Positions 52,195-64,000 of a DNA stretch of 64,000 bases are shown here, piece after piece (position 1 is the stretch's first letter; each line of letters starts with the position of its first letter). The notes under the pieces were generated by a model that searched no databases, was not told the origin of the DNA, and saw nothing but the letters and a program-made list of their open reading frames with translations. The position numbers and the translations under genes were made by a program. The DNA lies in contig NC_043003.1 of assembly GCF_006345805.1 (NCBI RefSeq), forward strand, positions 78,678,001-78,742,000, given 5' to 3'. Source of the DNA: Octopus sinensis. Its lineage: Eukaryota.

Positions 52195-52812
52195 AAGGCG
52201 GCGAGCTGGCAGAAACGTTAGCACGCCGGGCGAAATGCTTAGCGGTATTTCGTCTGCCGCTACGTTCTGAGTTCAAATTCCGCCGAGGCCGACTTTGCCT
52301 TTGATCCTTTCGGGGTCGATTAAATAAGTACCAGTTACGCACTGGGGTCGATATAATCGACTTAATCCGTTTGTCCGACCTTGTTTGTCCTCTATGTGTT
52401 TAGCCCCTTGTGGGTAGTAAAGAAATAGGTATTTCGCCCGTTGTTACGTTCTGAGTTCAAATTCCACCGAGATCGACTTTGTCTTTCATCCTTTCGGGGA
52501 CAATGAAATAAGTACCAGTCGACTTTGCCTTTCATCCTTTCGGAGTCGATTAAATAAATACCAGTTACGGACTGGGGTCGATGTAATCGACTTAATCCGT
52601 TTGTCTGTCCTTGTTTGTCCCCTCTGTGTTCAGCCCCTTGTGGGTAGTAAAGAAATAGGTATTTCGTCTGCCGCTACGTTCTGAGTTAAAGGTCGAATTT
52701 GCTTTTCATCCTTTCGGGGTCGATTAAATAGGTACCAGTTGAGTACTGGACTCAATGTAATCGACTTAACCCCTCCCCTGAAATTGCTGGCCTTGTGCGA
52801 AATTTGAAACCA
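52195..52812 (+). mobile_element. SINE family B tandem multimer
   Basis: One head followed by repeated bodies that restart at ggtatttcg(t/c)c.g. Confidence 0.85.
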
Positions 52813-54249
52813 ATAACTTTATTGTTAAAGATGATAGCAGAACGGTGGTTAGGCAGAATTCAGAGACTGATGAATAGTGACTAGAGTTTGCGGCATTCAT
52901 TTACGGATTTCGGTTCAAATCCAACCACGGTCAATTTTGCCTTTCATCCCTCGGAGGTGTGAGGTAGGGGGTCGATAAAAGTGAGTACCAGTCAAGTACA
53001 AAAGTTGATATCGATTGACATCCTTCCCCTTAAACATGTAGCTATTTTCCTATGAAAAAAGATATTAAAAATATAGTAGAGTGGGTGATTTACTAGTCAT
53101 TTGGTTGCTATTTCTCACAGGTTGGGCGACCACACAGTAGATTCGTTCGGTGTCCCAGTAATACTTAGAGAATTATTTAATCGCTTACACTGTCGTTCTC
53201 ACAAAATAACCAATTATATATACATTGTATAACACTGTAGGTATGTATATATATATATACTATCTACGCCTCGTTAAATGCATGGTTAGCGACAACAGTT
53301 CATTCGCTGCCCCGGTTTTGTTGTACTCACACACTGGCGTCCATGACTATTTTTTTTTACACCTGTCGTGCAAAGAAAGCTTTTATTAAACAGCAGGAAC
53401 AAGAAGTAACACGAATCATACCTCTAGATGGTTTGTCGGTCTACCAGAAGGAGCAGCCAAATCTCACTCAAATCAGGAAAATAAGTAAATAAATAAAAAA
53501 GGCTGAGAAGAATAAAATGCACGAGCAGGATTGTCTCCGATCATAAATGGTTGGTTGATCTGCTGGGGCTGAAAGCAAATAATGTACGAAAGAGGGAGAT
53601 TTTTTTTTTATTAGATTGGGCGTGTAAAACTAACTGCTAGATATAGCAGCGAAATTTCCTAAAATTCACGTTTACTGTCTTTAGAAAGAGAAAGAAGGAA
53701 CAAAGAAGTAACAGACATTGGGATAACAGACAACAAGTCTCTCCAGTATGGAATAAAATAAGTGAAGAAACAACGCGAAGACAGGCTGGTTTGATAAAAC
53801 CAGAATGTCGTATGGAAGGTTAACATGGGACTAAGGACATCATCATCATCATCATCATCATTATCCTCATCATGTCACCACCACCACCACCACCACCACC
53901 ATCTTCAGCAGTAGATTGCATCAGCAGCAGCAGTTGTTGTCGTCGTCGTCGTCGTAGTCGTAGTAGTAGTAGTAGTAGTAGTAGCAGCATCAACAGAAGA
54001 AGGAAAAGGCAGCAGCAGTTAAAACATTCACATCTGCTGTGCTAGGTGTCGTTTATTCGGTGCTGTGACCTGGATTTGGAAGAAGCTGCTGCTGCTGCTG
54101 TTGTTGTCGTCCATATCAGAAGAATTCCACCATTCAACTAGTTGACGAGGAATCGCCTGGTTTTCCCCTCGGCACCCAGCACCAAGCACACCACCACCAC
54201 CACCACCACCACCACCATCACCACCACCCATTCTGAAATCAATATTTAT

Positions 54250-54253
54250 TACA

Positions 54254-54291
<38 letters not shown>

Positions 54292-54369
54292 ACACACATA
54301 CACACACACACGCACACACACACACACACATACACACACACAACACACACACACGCTCACACACACACA

Positions 54370-54418
<49 letters not shown>

Positions 54419-54423
54419 CACAC

Positions 54424-54499
<76 letters not shown>

Positions 54500-54819
54500 C
54501 ATACACACACACACACGCACACGCACACACACACGTCATTTGTAGACAAATGAAGAAGAAACGAACGAATGAACGAATTCTCAACATAGAATCTGCGACT
54601 ACGGTGGAAGGCAATTCCTAAAAATAATGGTGAGGTGGCGGTGGTGTCCAAAAACTATCTCTCGCCCCGCCACCATTAACTACCACAATCGCCATGAACA
54701 CCACCACCACCACCACCTTCACCACCCCATCATCATCACAACCACCACCAACACTACCACCTCCATCACCACCACCACCGTCATCATCACCACAACCGTC
54801 ATCATTACCCACCACCACC

Positions 54820-54850
<31 letters not shown>

Positions 54851-55255
54851 CCACCACCATCATCACCACCACCACCATCACCACCACCACCTCCATCACC
54901 ACCACCACCGTCATCATCACCACAACCGTCATCATTACCACCCACCACCACCACCACCACCACCATCATCATCATCACCACCACCATCATCACCACCACG
55001 ACCACCACCATCACCACCACCACCTCCATCACCACCACCACCACCACCATCATCATCCTCACCATAACCATCATCATCACCACCACCACCACCACCACCA
55101 CCACCATCATCCTCACCACCACCATCATCACCACCACTACCATCCTCACCACCACCACCATCACCACCACCACCACCACCACAACCACCACCATCATCAT
55201 CACCACCACCACAACCACCATCATCATCACCATCACCACCATCACCACCACCAAC

Positions 55256-55289
<34 letters not shown>

Positions 55290-55653
55290 TCGCCACCAAT
55301 AATCACCCACACCATCAGCAACCCCACTCCCTCCTCCACTTGTTGGCAAGGCACATCGTCGTTCTCCACCTGCCACCACCACCACCACCATCACCACCAC
55401 TTGGACCTCTCTGACACACTCAATGAAGAAATGTGAATAGAAATCGATAGACCAGCATAAAAGACAAAAACATTGACTGCTAAGACAGCTGGTATTGGTG
55501 GCTTTGGGAGCGTCGGTGACGTTGGTGACGTTGGAGGCTTTGGCAACGATTGCGATGTCAGCGACGTCGGTGGGGATCGTGCAGGATGCTAGCAAATGCA
55601 ACGTCTACACAAAGTAGCCAATTAACTAGCTACCCCGCCCCCTCTCTCTCTCC

Positions 55654-55698
<45 letters not shown>

Positions 55699-55731
55699 CA
55701 CTTTTACTCTATAACAATCTACTTCTGTTTG

Positions 55732-55810
<79 letters not shown>

Positions 55811-55872
55811 ATCTATCTATCTCTTTCTATCTATCTCTTTCTATCTATCTCTTCCTATCTATCTTTTTACGG

Positions 55873-55950
<78 letters not shown>
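54250..55950. repeat. Microsatellite block: (CA)n 54250-54535, (CAC/CAT)n 54690-55300, (TCTA)n 55725-55950
   Basis: Direct inspection. This explains the poly-His/Val/Gly and LSIY pseudo-ORFs. Similar tracts at 22500-22960, 26570-26815, 28800-28930, 38740-39060, 42920-43180, 45020-45200 and 51520-51640. Confidence 0.95.
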
Positions 55951-55951
<1 letters not shown>

Positions 55952-55959
55952 CAACGAGG

Positions 55960-56680
55960 CAACAAAGCCACGATTAGGTCCCTGACAGATGAGCAGGTGC
56001 TCGAATTTCTCGAGCCTGAAAGGATGTGTGAGTCCTTTCAACAACACTTTGCCCGACTGTTCGGGACAACTGGTGGGTCAGAACGCAGAGTGGACTTTAG
56101 TGCCTACCTGCATAGCCTACCACGACTCTCGGCAAGAGAGGCGGAGTGTTGTGAAAAACCTATCACAGCCACGGACGTACGGGATGCGATGGCAGGCTGC
56201 GAGGGAGACAAGTCGCCAGGCTTGGATGGTCTGCCCTACGAACTTTATTGTCATATGTCAGACTTGTTTGGAACGTCTTAGCAGCTGTCTACTGCAACTG
56301 GCAGCAAAACGGGAATATGGCCATCCCTGTAAAGCGAGGAGCGGTGGGACTGCTAAAGAAAGATCCAAACAAAGGGAACATCATAGATAACTTCAGGCCC
56401 ATCACTCTGCTCAACGCAAACTTGAAGATTTTGGTCAAGGTGTTAGCTGACAAGGCGCAAACGTGCACCGTGCCGGGTAGGAGTATCCATGACAACCTCC
56501 ATCTGATGTGCTACACCATAGACAGGGCAGTTAAGGGACCTGGCATGGGTGGGGCGCTGATCAATTTGGATAAATCAAAAGCTTTCGATAGGGTAGACAA
56601 TCACTACATGGAGGCTGTCCTTAGAGCGGCTGGTTTCCGTCCCATCTTCCGCGGTTGGATAGCTGCCTTATACAGATGTT
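55960..56680 (+). mobile_element. Tx1/L1-clade LINE ORF2 fragment (RT N-terminal part), frameshifted
   Basis: KSPGLDGLPYELY, LLKKDPNKGNIIDNFRPITLLNANLKILVKVLA, GRSIHDNL, LDKSKAFDRVD. Confidence 0.88.
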
Positions 56681-57914
56681 AGACATCTGCCACTTCCACT
56701 GTTTCCGTCCAACAAATTTCATTCTTAAAGCGTTGTTGACCCTAGTGCTATGATAACACTTGCCCAAGTACTGCGCATCGCAATTGAACCCACAGCTACC
56801 TAACTGCCAAGCGACTGTCCTCACCAGGTACATCGCAGCGGGCTTTGAAGTGAGTTTGAAAGTGAGATGAAAACATTTTTCTCTAATGACAAAATCTAAG
56901 ATAGAAAAAAAAAAGACAAGATGGCTACAACCATGACGTCCTTGGCAATTGGACACCTTGACGATGATTACATTGTAGTTATCAATAACAATAACGGTAA
57001 TGGCAATATTAATATTTTGTCTGGTAGGAGAATAATTAATATGCCGGGTGAAATGCTTAGCGGCATTCCGTCCGTTTTTACGTTCTTAGCTGGCAGAAAT
57101 GTTACGACACCAGGCACAATGTTTGGTGACGTTTCATCCATCTTTACATTCAAATTCCGAGTTCAAATACCGCCGAGGCCGACTTTGCCTTTCATCTTTT
57201 CGGGGTCGATAAAAAGGTACCAGTTGAACACTGGAGTCGATATAATCGATTGACATCCTCCAACCAGCTTGTTGTTCTTGTGTCAAAATTTGAAAGCAAT
57301 TTTCTGCCTGGTGACTAATTTGGGTGCGGTGATGGAAGAACCATAAATTATATATAGAGAATTATGTCGTTGATTTAATCGGCTAACTCTTCCTCATAAA
57401 ATGGCTGTTCCTCATAAAATGCCTATATTAGAAGTAATTAATTATAGGATTTTATGGAGTTTTATTTCATAATTATTTCTTTCAAAGATAACACCTGTGA
57501 TCAAGGGAATTCTTTGGTTGTTGAGGATTTACGCTTTACGTGCGGGCTTGATTGTGTTGTGAGAAGTTTACTCCCAACCACACGGTTCCAGGTTAAGTCC
57601 CCATAGCGCGGCACCTTGGGCAGGTGTCTTCTACCGTAGCCCAAGGCTGACCAAAGATTGTAAGTGAATTTGGTAGACAGGAACTGAAAGAAGCCCGTCG
57701 TATATATATATAAGTAAATATTTTAAAACTTTCAAAGATGTGAATGTAATATAAAAAGCAATATCTTTTTTTATTTTAAATAATTGCTAATAAGAAAATC
57801 AAATGAACAGCCTATTACTTGTCCGAGGTCAAATTATTCATGCATCACAAGTATGAAAGCAAAGCAATTGGGAAGCCGTTTTCGCGTGAAAAGTAAATAC
57901 GCGCATGACTGGAT

Positions 57915-57950
<36 letters not shown>

Positions 57951-58104
57951 AATATGTGTGGGTTGTGTGTGTGTGTTGTGTGTGTGTGTGTGTGGTGTGT
58001 GTGTGTGTGTGGTGTGTGTGTGTGTCGTGTGTGTGTGTGTGTATTAAAAAATATTTTATAAGCTTAAAGCTTATAAGCGATCACCGTGCATTGATTTAAA
58101 TATC

Positions 58105-58142
<38 letters not shown>

Positions 58143-58149
58143 AATATAT

Positions 58150-58545
58150 ATATATATATGTCGTACTGTCCTGTTTTTGTTACCATTTTTACCCCTCCGC
58201 AAAAAAATCTCAAATTTTATTTAATTTGATTTTCGCGGGAAGGAAAATTTCAATGAAGTCATGTATCGCCTTGACCTTCGAAACGTGAAGTAGATGAAAT
58301 TAAGGCGACTGAAGAAGGGGAATTTTCCTTGTTTTGTATGTCCTGTACTCGTTGTTTTAAAAAAATGTCCATTTCCTTGGTTTTGTGTTTATGTTTTCGT
58401 TTCTCATTGTGTTCGACGTTTTTTTGGTGTCATGTACTCATATATGCATGTATATATACATGTAGAGGTAGGTAAGTACATATATGTATGTATATATGCA
58501 TATGTTTTATTTATTTATTTATATGCATATGTTTTATTTTATTTA
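58150..58545 (+). mobile_element. Diverged solo copy of the 3' part of the 46-47 kb tandem unit, including the permuted hammerhead-like motif (58260-58320)
   Basis: Collinear similarity to the reverse complement of about 45860-46230 (ttttacccctc.gc...ggaagga, tgtgttcgacgt, catgtagaggtagg). Preceded by (TA)n. Confidence 0.85.
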
Positions 58546-59194
58546 TTTATTTCCAGGATCCTATAGTCAGCCACCTTCTAATAACAATATTTAAAACTAG
58601 TTAATAAGCCACAGTATTAAATTGAAAATGTTTCCATTGTATTTATTTGTGCAAAAGGCAAGAAATTTAGGCGAAGTTTCGGTACATGGTGTGTGTGTGT
58701 GTTGATGGGGTGTGGGAGACATAATATGTAGTCTGCATGTATGTGTGTGCGTATGTATGTGTAAGTATGTTGGGTGTGGTATGTATATGGTGTGTTGTAT
58801 GTATGTATGGCCGATTCATCGTAATTACGATGAATCGGCCATACATACATAGATACATACACACACACACATACATGCAGACATACATATACACATACAC
58901 GAGTAAAAAATTTCAGTTATCTCTCTCTTTCACACATTACTCTCTCTGTCTCTTCACACACACTAACAGAAGCACTTCACTTACACAACATACTGTCTCC
59001 CACACCCCATCAAACACACACACACACACATGTACATCAATGCTTCCCCTAGACGTAACTTCAAAGACAAACTTCCCTCGTCATAAAATCGCTTCCTCTT
59101 AGTCTCTTTCGCTCTCATTACTTATGTAAAAAAAATAAGTTTTTTACGGAAATCGACGGAAAACTTGTGCTACGACAAGCGAAACTTCGCCGGA

Positions 59195-59565
59195 AATTTA
59201 ATATTAAAAAGCAAAGAGCTGGCAGAAACGTTAGCACGCCGGGCGAAATGCGTAGCCGTATTTCGTCTGCCGTTACGTTCTGTGTTTGTTTACAGTTTTC
59301 AAACGAACGTTAGTACGTCACAAAAGCGCTTTCTACGTCACACTAATAGAATGCAGTCAAGTTTTACACATGAAAACAAACATCTGTGATGGGTTAAAAT
59401 TCGCAGTTTTAATTCTACGATTAAAGTCATAAAATAGATTTTTCTCAAATAAACTAGTTCCAACCTGTGTCTTGTTTTGCTAGACTCTATCAGCATACGA
59501 AGTTTCAGAATATTTAGTTAAGTAGAAAGATCTGTGGTCCTGGCTTCAGAATAGAAAAGATCCAA
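59195..59565 (-). mobile_element. Partial second copy of the 41552-42442 TIR element (one TIR, includes the captured SINE head)
   Basis: Near-identical reverse complement of about 41552-41915, ending ctggcttcagaatagaaaagatcc. Confidence 0.85.
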
Positions 59566-61196
59566 ATATTGTGTTCGCGCGCGCGCTTGTATGTGTGTGT
59601 CTTTGTATTTGAGCCCCTCCCCCCACTCGCTTAACAACCGGTATTACATCCCCCGCAAGTTGGTGATTTGCTATGAGGACGAGAGAATAAGTACCAGGCT
59701 TTTAAAAAAAATTATGTAAATACCAGGGTCGATTTGTTCGACTGAAGCCCTTCAAGGTGATGCCCCAGCATGGCAGCAGTTCAGCGACTGAAATCAATCA
59801 TTGTTAAAAGGGGAAAAAAATAGCAATATTTAATGTACAACTAACTGTAAGATGATTTAGTTGGAATACGTAGCCATAGGCCATTGCTTGAAGAAACCGA
59901 AAGGAGTGGCTGTGTGGTAAGTAGCTTGCTAACCAACCACATGGTTCCGAGTTCAGTCCCACTGCGTGGCATCTTGGGCAAGTGTCTTCTGCTATAACCC
60001 CGGGCCGACCAATGCCTTGTGAGTGGATTTGGTAGACGGAAACTGAAAGAAGCCTGTCGTATATATGTATATATATATATGTATGTATGTGTGTGTGTTT
60101 GTCCCCCTAGCATTGCTTGACAACCGATGCTGGTGTGTTTACGTCCCCGTTACTTAGCGGTTCGGCAAAAAGAGACCGATAGAATAAGTACTGGGCTTAC
60201 AGAAGGAATAAGTCCCAGGGTCGAGTTGCTCGACTAAAGGCGGTGCTCCAGCATGGCCGCAGTCAAATGACTGAAACAAGTAAAAAAGAGAAAAAAGAGA
60301 CACATGTATCAGTTGATTAAGTTACTCATAGCAGTTGACTGGGGGTGACTTAGCGTTATTAGAACCCTCAACTTTGTAAAAACCCAGAACTAATTGCGGC
60401 AAAAGCATCTTGTACCACGCTCTAACGATTCTGTAATAAGCACCAAAGAGGATTTTACACGCTTGAATGATTTCAGCACTATTAACAATATATCTCCCTG
60501 AAAGGGGGCGTAGTGTATCAACAATGTAAGAACAGGAAGTTGATTTAAAGTTTTACTCCTTTTCATTTTATCGTTCTCGTCTCGAATAAGGTGATTAGAA
60601 ATTAGGTAACTTTTAGAGGGAACTGTACACAGTAATAAAAAAAAAAATAGAATTTCGGTCATTTAACACCATTCAACAGAGATGAATATACGAATTGCTG
60701 AGTCTGTGGGTTGTGTATGTGCACACACCACACACACACACACACGCACACAACACACACACACACACACGCACACACACGCACACACACACCACACACA
60801 CACACGCACACGCACACACACACACATTATGTGTGTATACATACATAATTGTGTATGATCTGAAAGCATACTGAAACGATACAGTGTTGAATAGACTGCA
60901 GAAAATCACTAATACCCCATATACCCTTCTAGTGTTTTCATGTTGTATACCTATTTCTTTATTACCCACAAGGGGCTAAACATAGAGGGGACAAACAAGG
61001 ACAGACATAGGTATTAAGTCGATTACATCGACCCCAGTGCGTAACTGGTACTTTAATTTATCGACCCCGAAAGGATGAAAGGCAAAGTCGACCTCGGCGG
61101 AATTTGAACTCAGAACGTAACGGCAGACGCAATACCGCAAAGCATTTCGCCCAGCGTGCTAACGTTTCTGCCAGCTCGCCGCCTTTCATGTTGTAT

Positions 61197-61258
<62 letters not shown>

Positions 61259-61973
61259 GTTTTTATCTGTTTTAGAAACGGGAACCCACCGCAAGTAAAG
61301 CATATGTCGCTTCAATAGCCGATGAACTTTGAACCTAGGTGTCACAAGCGCAGTCATTCGTTTTAGGACTCAGGTAGAAGAATATGACGTCATTTTCGGC
61401 ATACATCTGAAGCTCGAAAGATATCAATATCCAATATGGAAGATTATGGTAAAGACCAAATCGTAAAAAGATAAGCAAAATGAATTAGGATTTATGTGCT
61501 ACTGAATCAATGAGGATGCTTTTTGCTAAGGATTCGTTTCAAAATAAGAATTCATTGTGGGTTGTTAGCTGAGAACTTACACGATGTACTTACATTACAG
61601 CGCAGGCGTGGCTATGAGGTAAGAAGCTTGCGTCTCCAACCACATGGTTCTGGGTTCAGTCCCCCTGTGTGGAACCTTAGGCAGTTGTCTTCTACTAAAG
61701 CCTGGAGCCAACCAAAACTTTGTGAGTGGATTTGGCAGACATAAACTGGAAGAAGCCCGTCGCGTATACATATATATTCTTTTCTAGTCTAGGCACAAGG
61801 TCCGAAATTTTGGGGGAAGGGTCTAGTCGATGAGATCGATCCCAGTACGTAACTAGTATTTAATTTATCGACCCCGAAAGGATTAAAGGCGGAATTTGAA
61901 CTCAGAACGTAAAGACAACGACGAAATACCGCAAAGCCATTTCGCCCAGAGTGCTAACGTTTCTGCTAGCTCT

Positions 61974-62026
<53 letters not shown>

Positions 62027-63479
62027 ATAATATATATATAATAATTATGGCGAGCGTGTGCGTGTGTATGTGTTGTGTGTGTGTGTGTGTAAATATATAT
62101 ATCTTTTTTATCTTTTACTGGGGTCTTAAAGAATTTTTAGTCAAATGTATTGAAATATCAGCAACACCAAATGGAAATTCTATTTGATATCGCTGATATT
62201 TCAATACAAGTATCAACAATAGCATATGACCCGCCTTGACCAATATCAGGACTATCTCCATTAGCCACTTTGAACTTCCTTCATAACTCCTTTCAGTCAA
62301 CTAAAACTGGAGAACTAGGTTCGTGTGTCAAACCCACGACATTTTGTTGTATGAAGTTGAATCAAACTGTTAAGTAATCATAATAATAATAATAATAATA
62401 ATAATAATATAATGATGATGATGATGATGATAATAATAATAATTATTATTTCTTTACTACCCACAAGGGGCTAAACACAGAGGGGACAAACAAGGACAGA
62501 TATCGACCCCAGTGCGTAACTGGTACTTAATTTATCGACCCCGAAAGGATGAAAGGCAAAGTCGGGATAATACTTTCTTTTAGTGGCCATAAAGGCAGAA
62601 CACAAAACAAATAGGGACGATACAATACAAGGGACAAGTGGGGTGTTGAACAATGCCGTGTATACAATAAGTAAGAAAAGCAATTAACATAATTAAACAA
62701 TAAAAATTCCCGTGTGTGTGCATGCGTGTGTGTACGCGCGCATGTGTATGTTGCAAGGAGCTATCAAATTCCGTGCTCGTTGATACCTTCGTCTATCCGA
62801 AACAGCTGTAAAAATAAAATTTGATAAGTTGCATGTTATTTGATACTTGCACCTTTCCCTATCACTACAATTTTTACGCCTGTTATTATTTGCCTGTCTT
62901 CGTATATACACGTGCACACTCTTATATATATAAATAAATAAAGATAGATAGATAGATGTACATGTATATATATATATATATATATAAACGTACACACACA
63001 TACTATATAATATAAATACATACGCACACACACCACACACACACAGACACACAAATATATGTATGTATGTGTGCATACATACATATACATATATCCATTT
63101 GTATCATACTTAACGTATATATAGCGTTGATAAGCCCGTTACTGCGGTGTTTGTCTTGAGGCGACATTTCTGTTGGATGTGCTGTGTTACAGACTCGATA
63201 AATATCAGAGTAGGACGAATATCCGTCCCAGAAGCGGCCAGCTGGTTCTTCACAAAGATACAAAGATAAATCGTTGGAATGTAGTTAGCCAAACAATGTC
63301 ACATTTTGAACTTGAAACAAGTCCTGCTTAATTTTACTGTCCCGCTTACAATGCAGGTATACATGCTTGTATGTATGTATTATGTATGTATGTACGTATC
63401 TATGTGTACATGCATGCATGTATGTATGTATGTATGTATGTATGTATGTGTGTATGTATGTGTGTATGTATGTATGTAT

Positions 63480-63910
63480 GTATGACATTGTTCAGATTTA
63501 TTCAAGGTTTCTTGCCAATGGAGAAAGGACCGGTTTCTAACCTAGATCCAAGTCTCCTTCATTGGAATTTCAACATCAACAACAGGGTATTTTTATTTGT
63601 ATGTATGTATATGCGAAGATTTGTATGTTTTGTTTTATGTATGTATTCTCATGCATATAGTTACATATCTAGACATGCTCATGTATATTTAAATGATAAA
63701 CTTCTGGAAAGTTTTACAGATTTTTTTTACAGTTCCAGTGATGGATTATATCTGTAGTCTTCGAATTAGCTTTCACCTTTCTGGTTTTGAGAAGCCTAAT
63801 TTCTCAATATTGGGATTTAGTCAACGTGTTACATATCTCAGTGCCCCAATAATTACAGGTATAAACCTGAACTTGTAGTCTGGATAGAGTAACTGCAGAT
63901 TTCTCAGTAG
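63480..63910 (-). mobile_element. R4/Dong-like LINE 3' end, same family as 22990-23490
   Basis: LLRNLQLLYPDYKFRFIPVIIGAL...SITGTVKKICKTFQKF*, then 3'UTR and (ATAC)n. 63910-64000 repeats about 63615-63700. Confidence 0.75.
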
Positions 63911-64000
63911 TATGTATATGTGCATATTTTGTTTTATGTATGCATTCTCATGCATATAGTTACATATCTAGACTTGCTCATATATATTTAAATGATAAAC

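Noticed and set aside
62780-62810. CC-GAAA-CAGCTG-TA hammerhead 3' half
   Set aside because: No upstream core or stem I partner found. At most a decayed PLE end.
63003-63292. Two overlapping minus-strand ORFs in non-repetitive sequence
   Set aside because: No recognisable motif and no convincing splice sites.

Overview
AT-rich, microsatellite-dense animal genomic DNA. I recognise the SINE families as typical of Octopus genomes; this is from memory, not a database search. There are no prokaryotic features and no CRISPR. One host gene is well supported: the 5' part of an ANKMY1-like gene (MORN repeats followed by ankyrin repeats) on the minus strand. It has six phase-compatible coding exons (20056-19843, 18947-18853, 14449-14303, 9207-8737, 5098-4898, 687-1) and runs off the left edge of the window. 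A candidate 5'UTR exon with an RFX X-box-like motif lies near 23.9 kb. The rest is layered transposon debris: tRNA-derived SINEs; RTE, CR1, Tx1/L1 and R4/Dong-like LINE fragments; mariner relics; several MITEs; and Penelope-like (PLE) fragments. The ORF track misses the main signal, a set of hammerhead ribozyme (HHR) motifs in elements embedded in (TA)n tracts. Six are type I-like (21.7, 22.0, 32.1/32.7, 47.8, 48.6, 49.2 kb). A separate family (46.1, 46.9, 58.3 kb, probably 33.1 kb) has all hammerhead core elements and three helices, but in a permuted, pseudoknotted order. Base-pair covariation between diverged copies supports that structure, and the motif sits in ~850-bp tandem units. All ribozyme calls are by eye and untested. 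Most long ORFs in the track are microsatellite translations.
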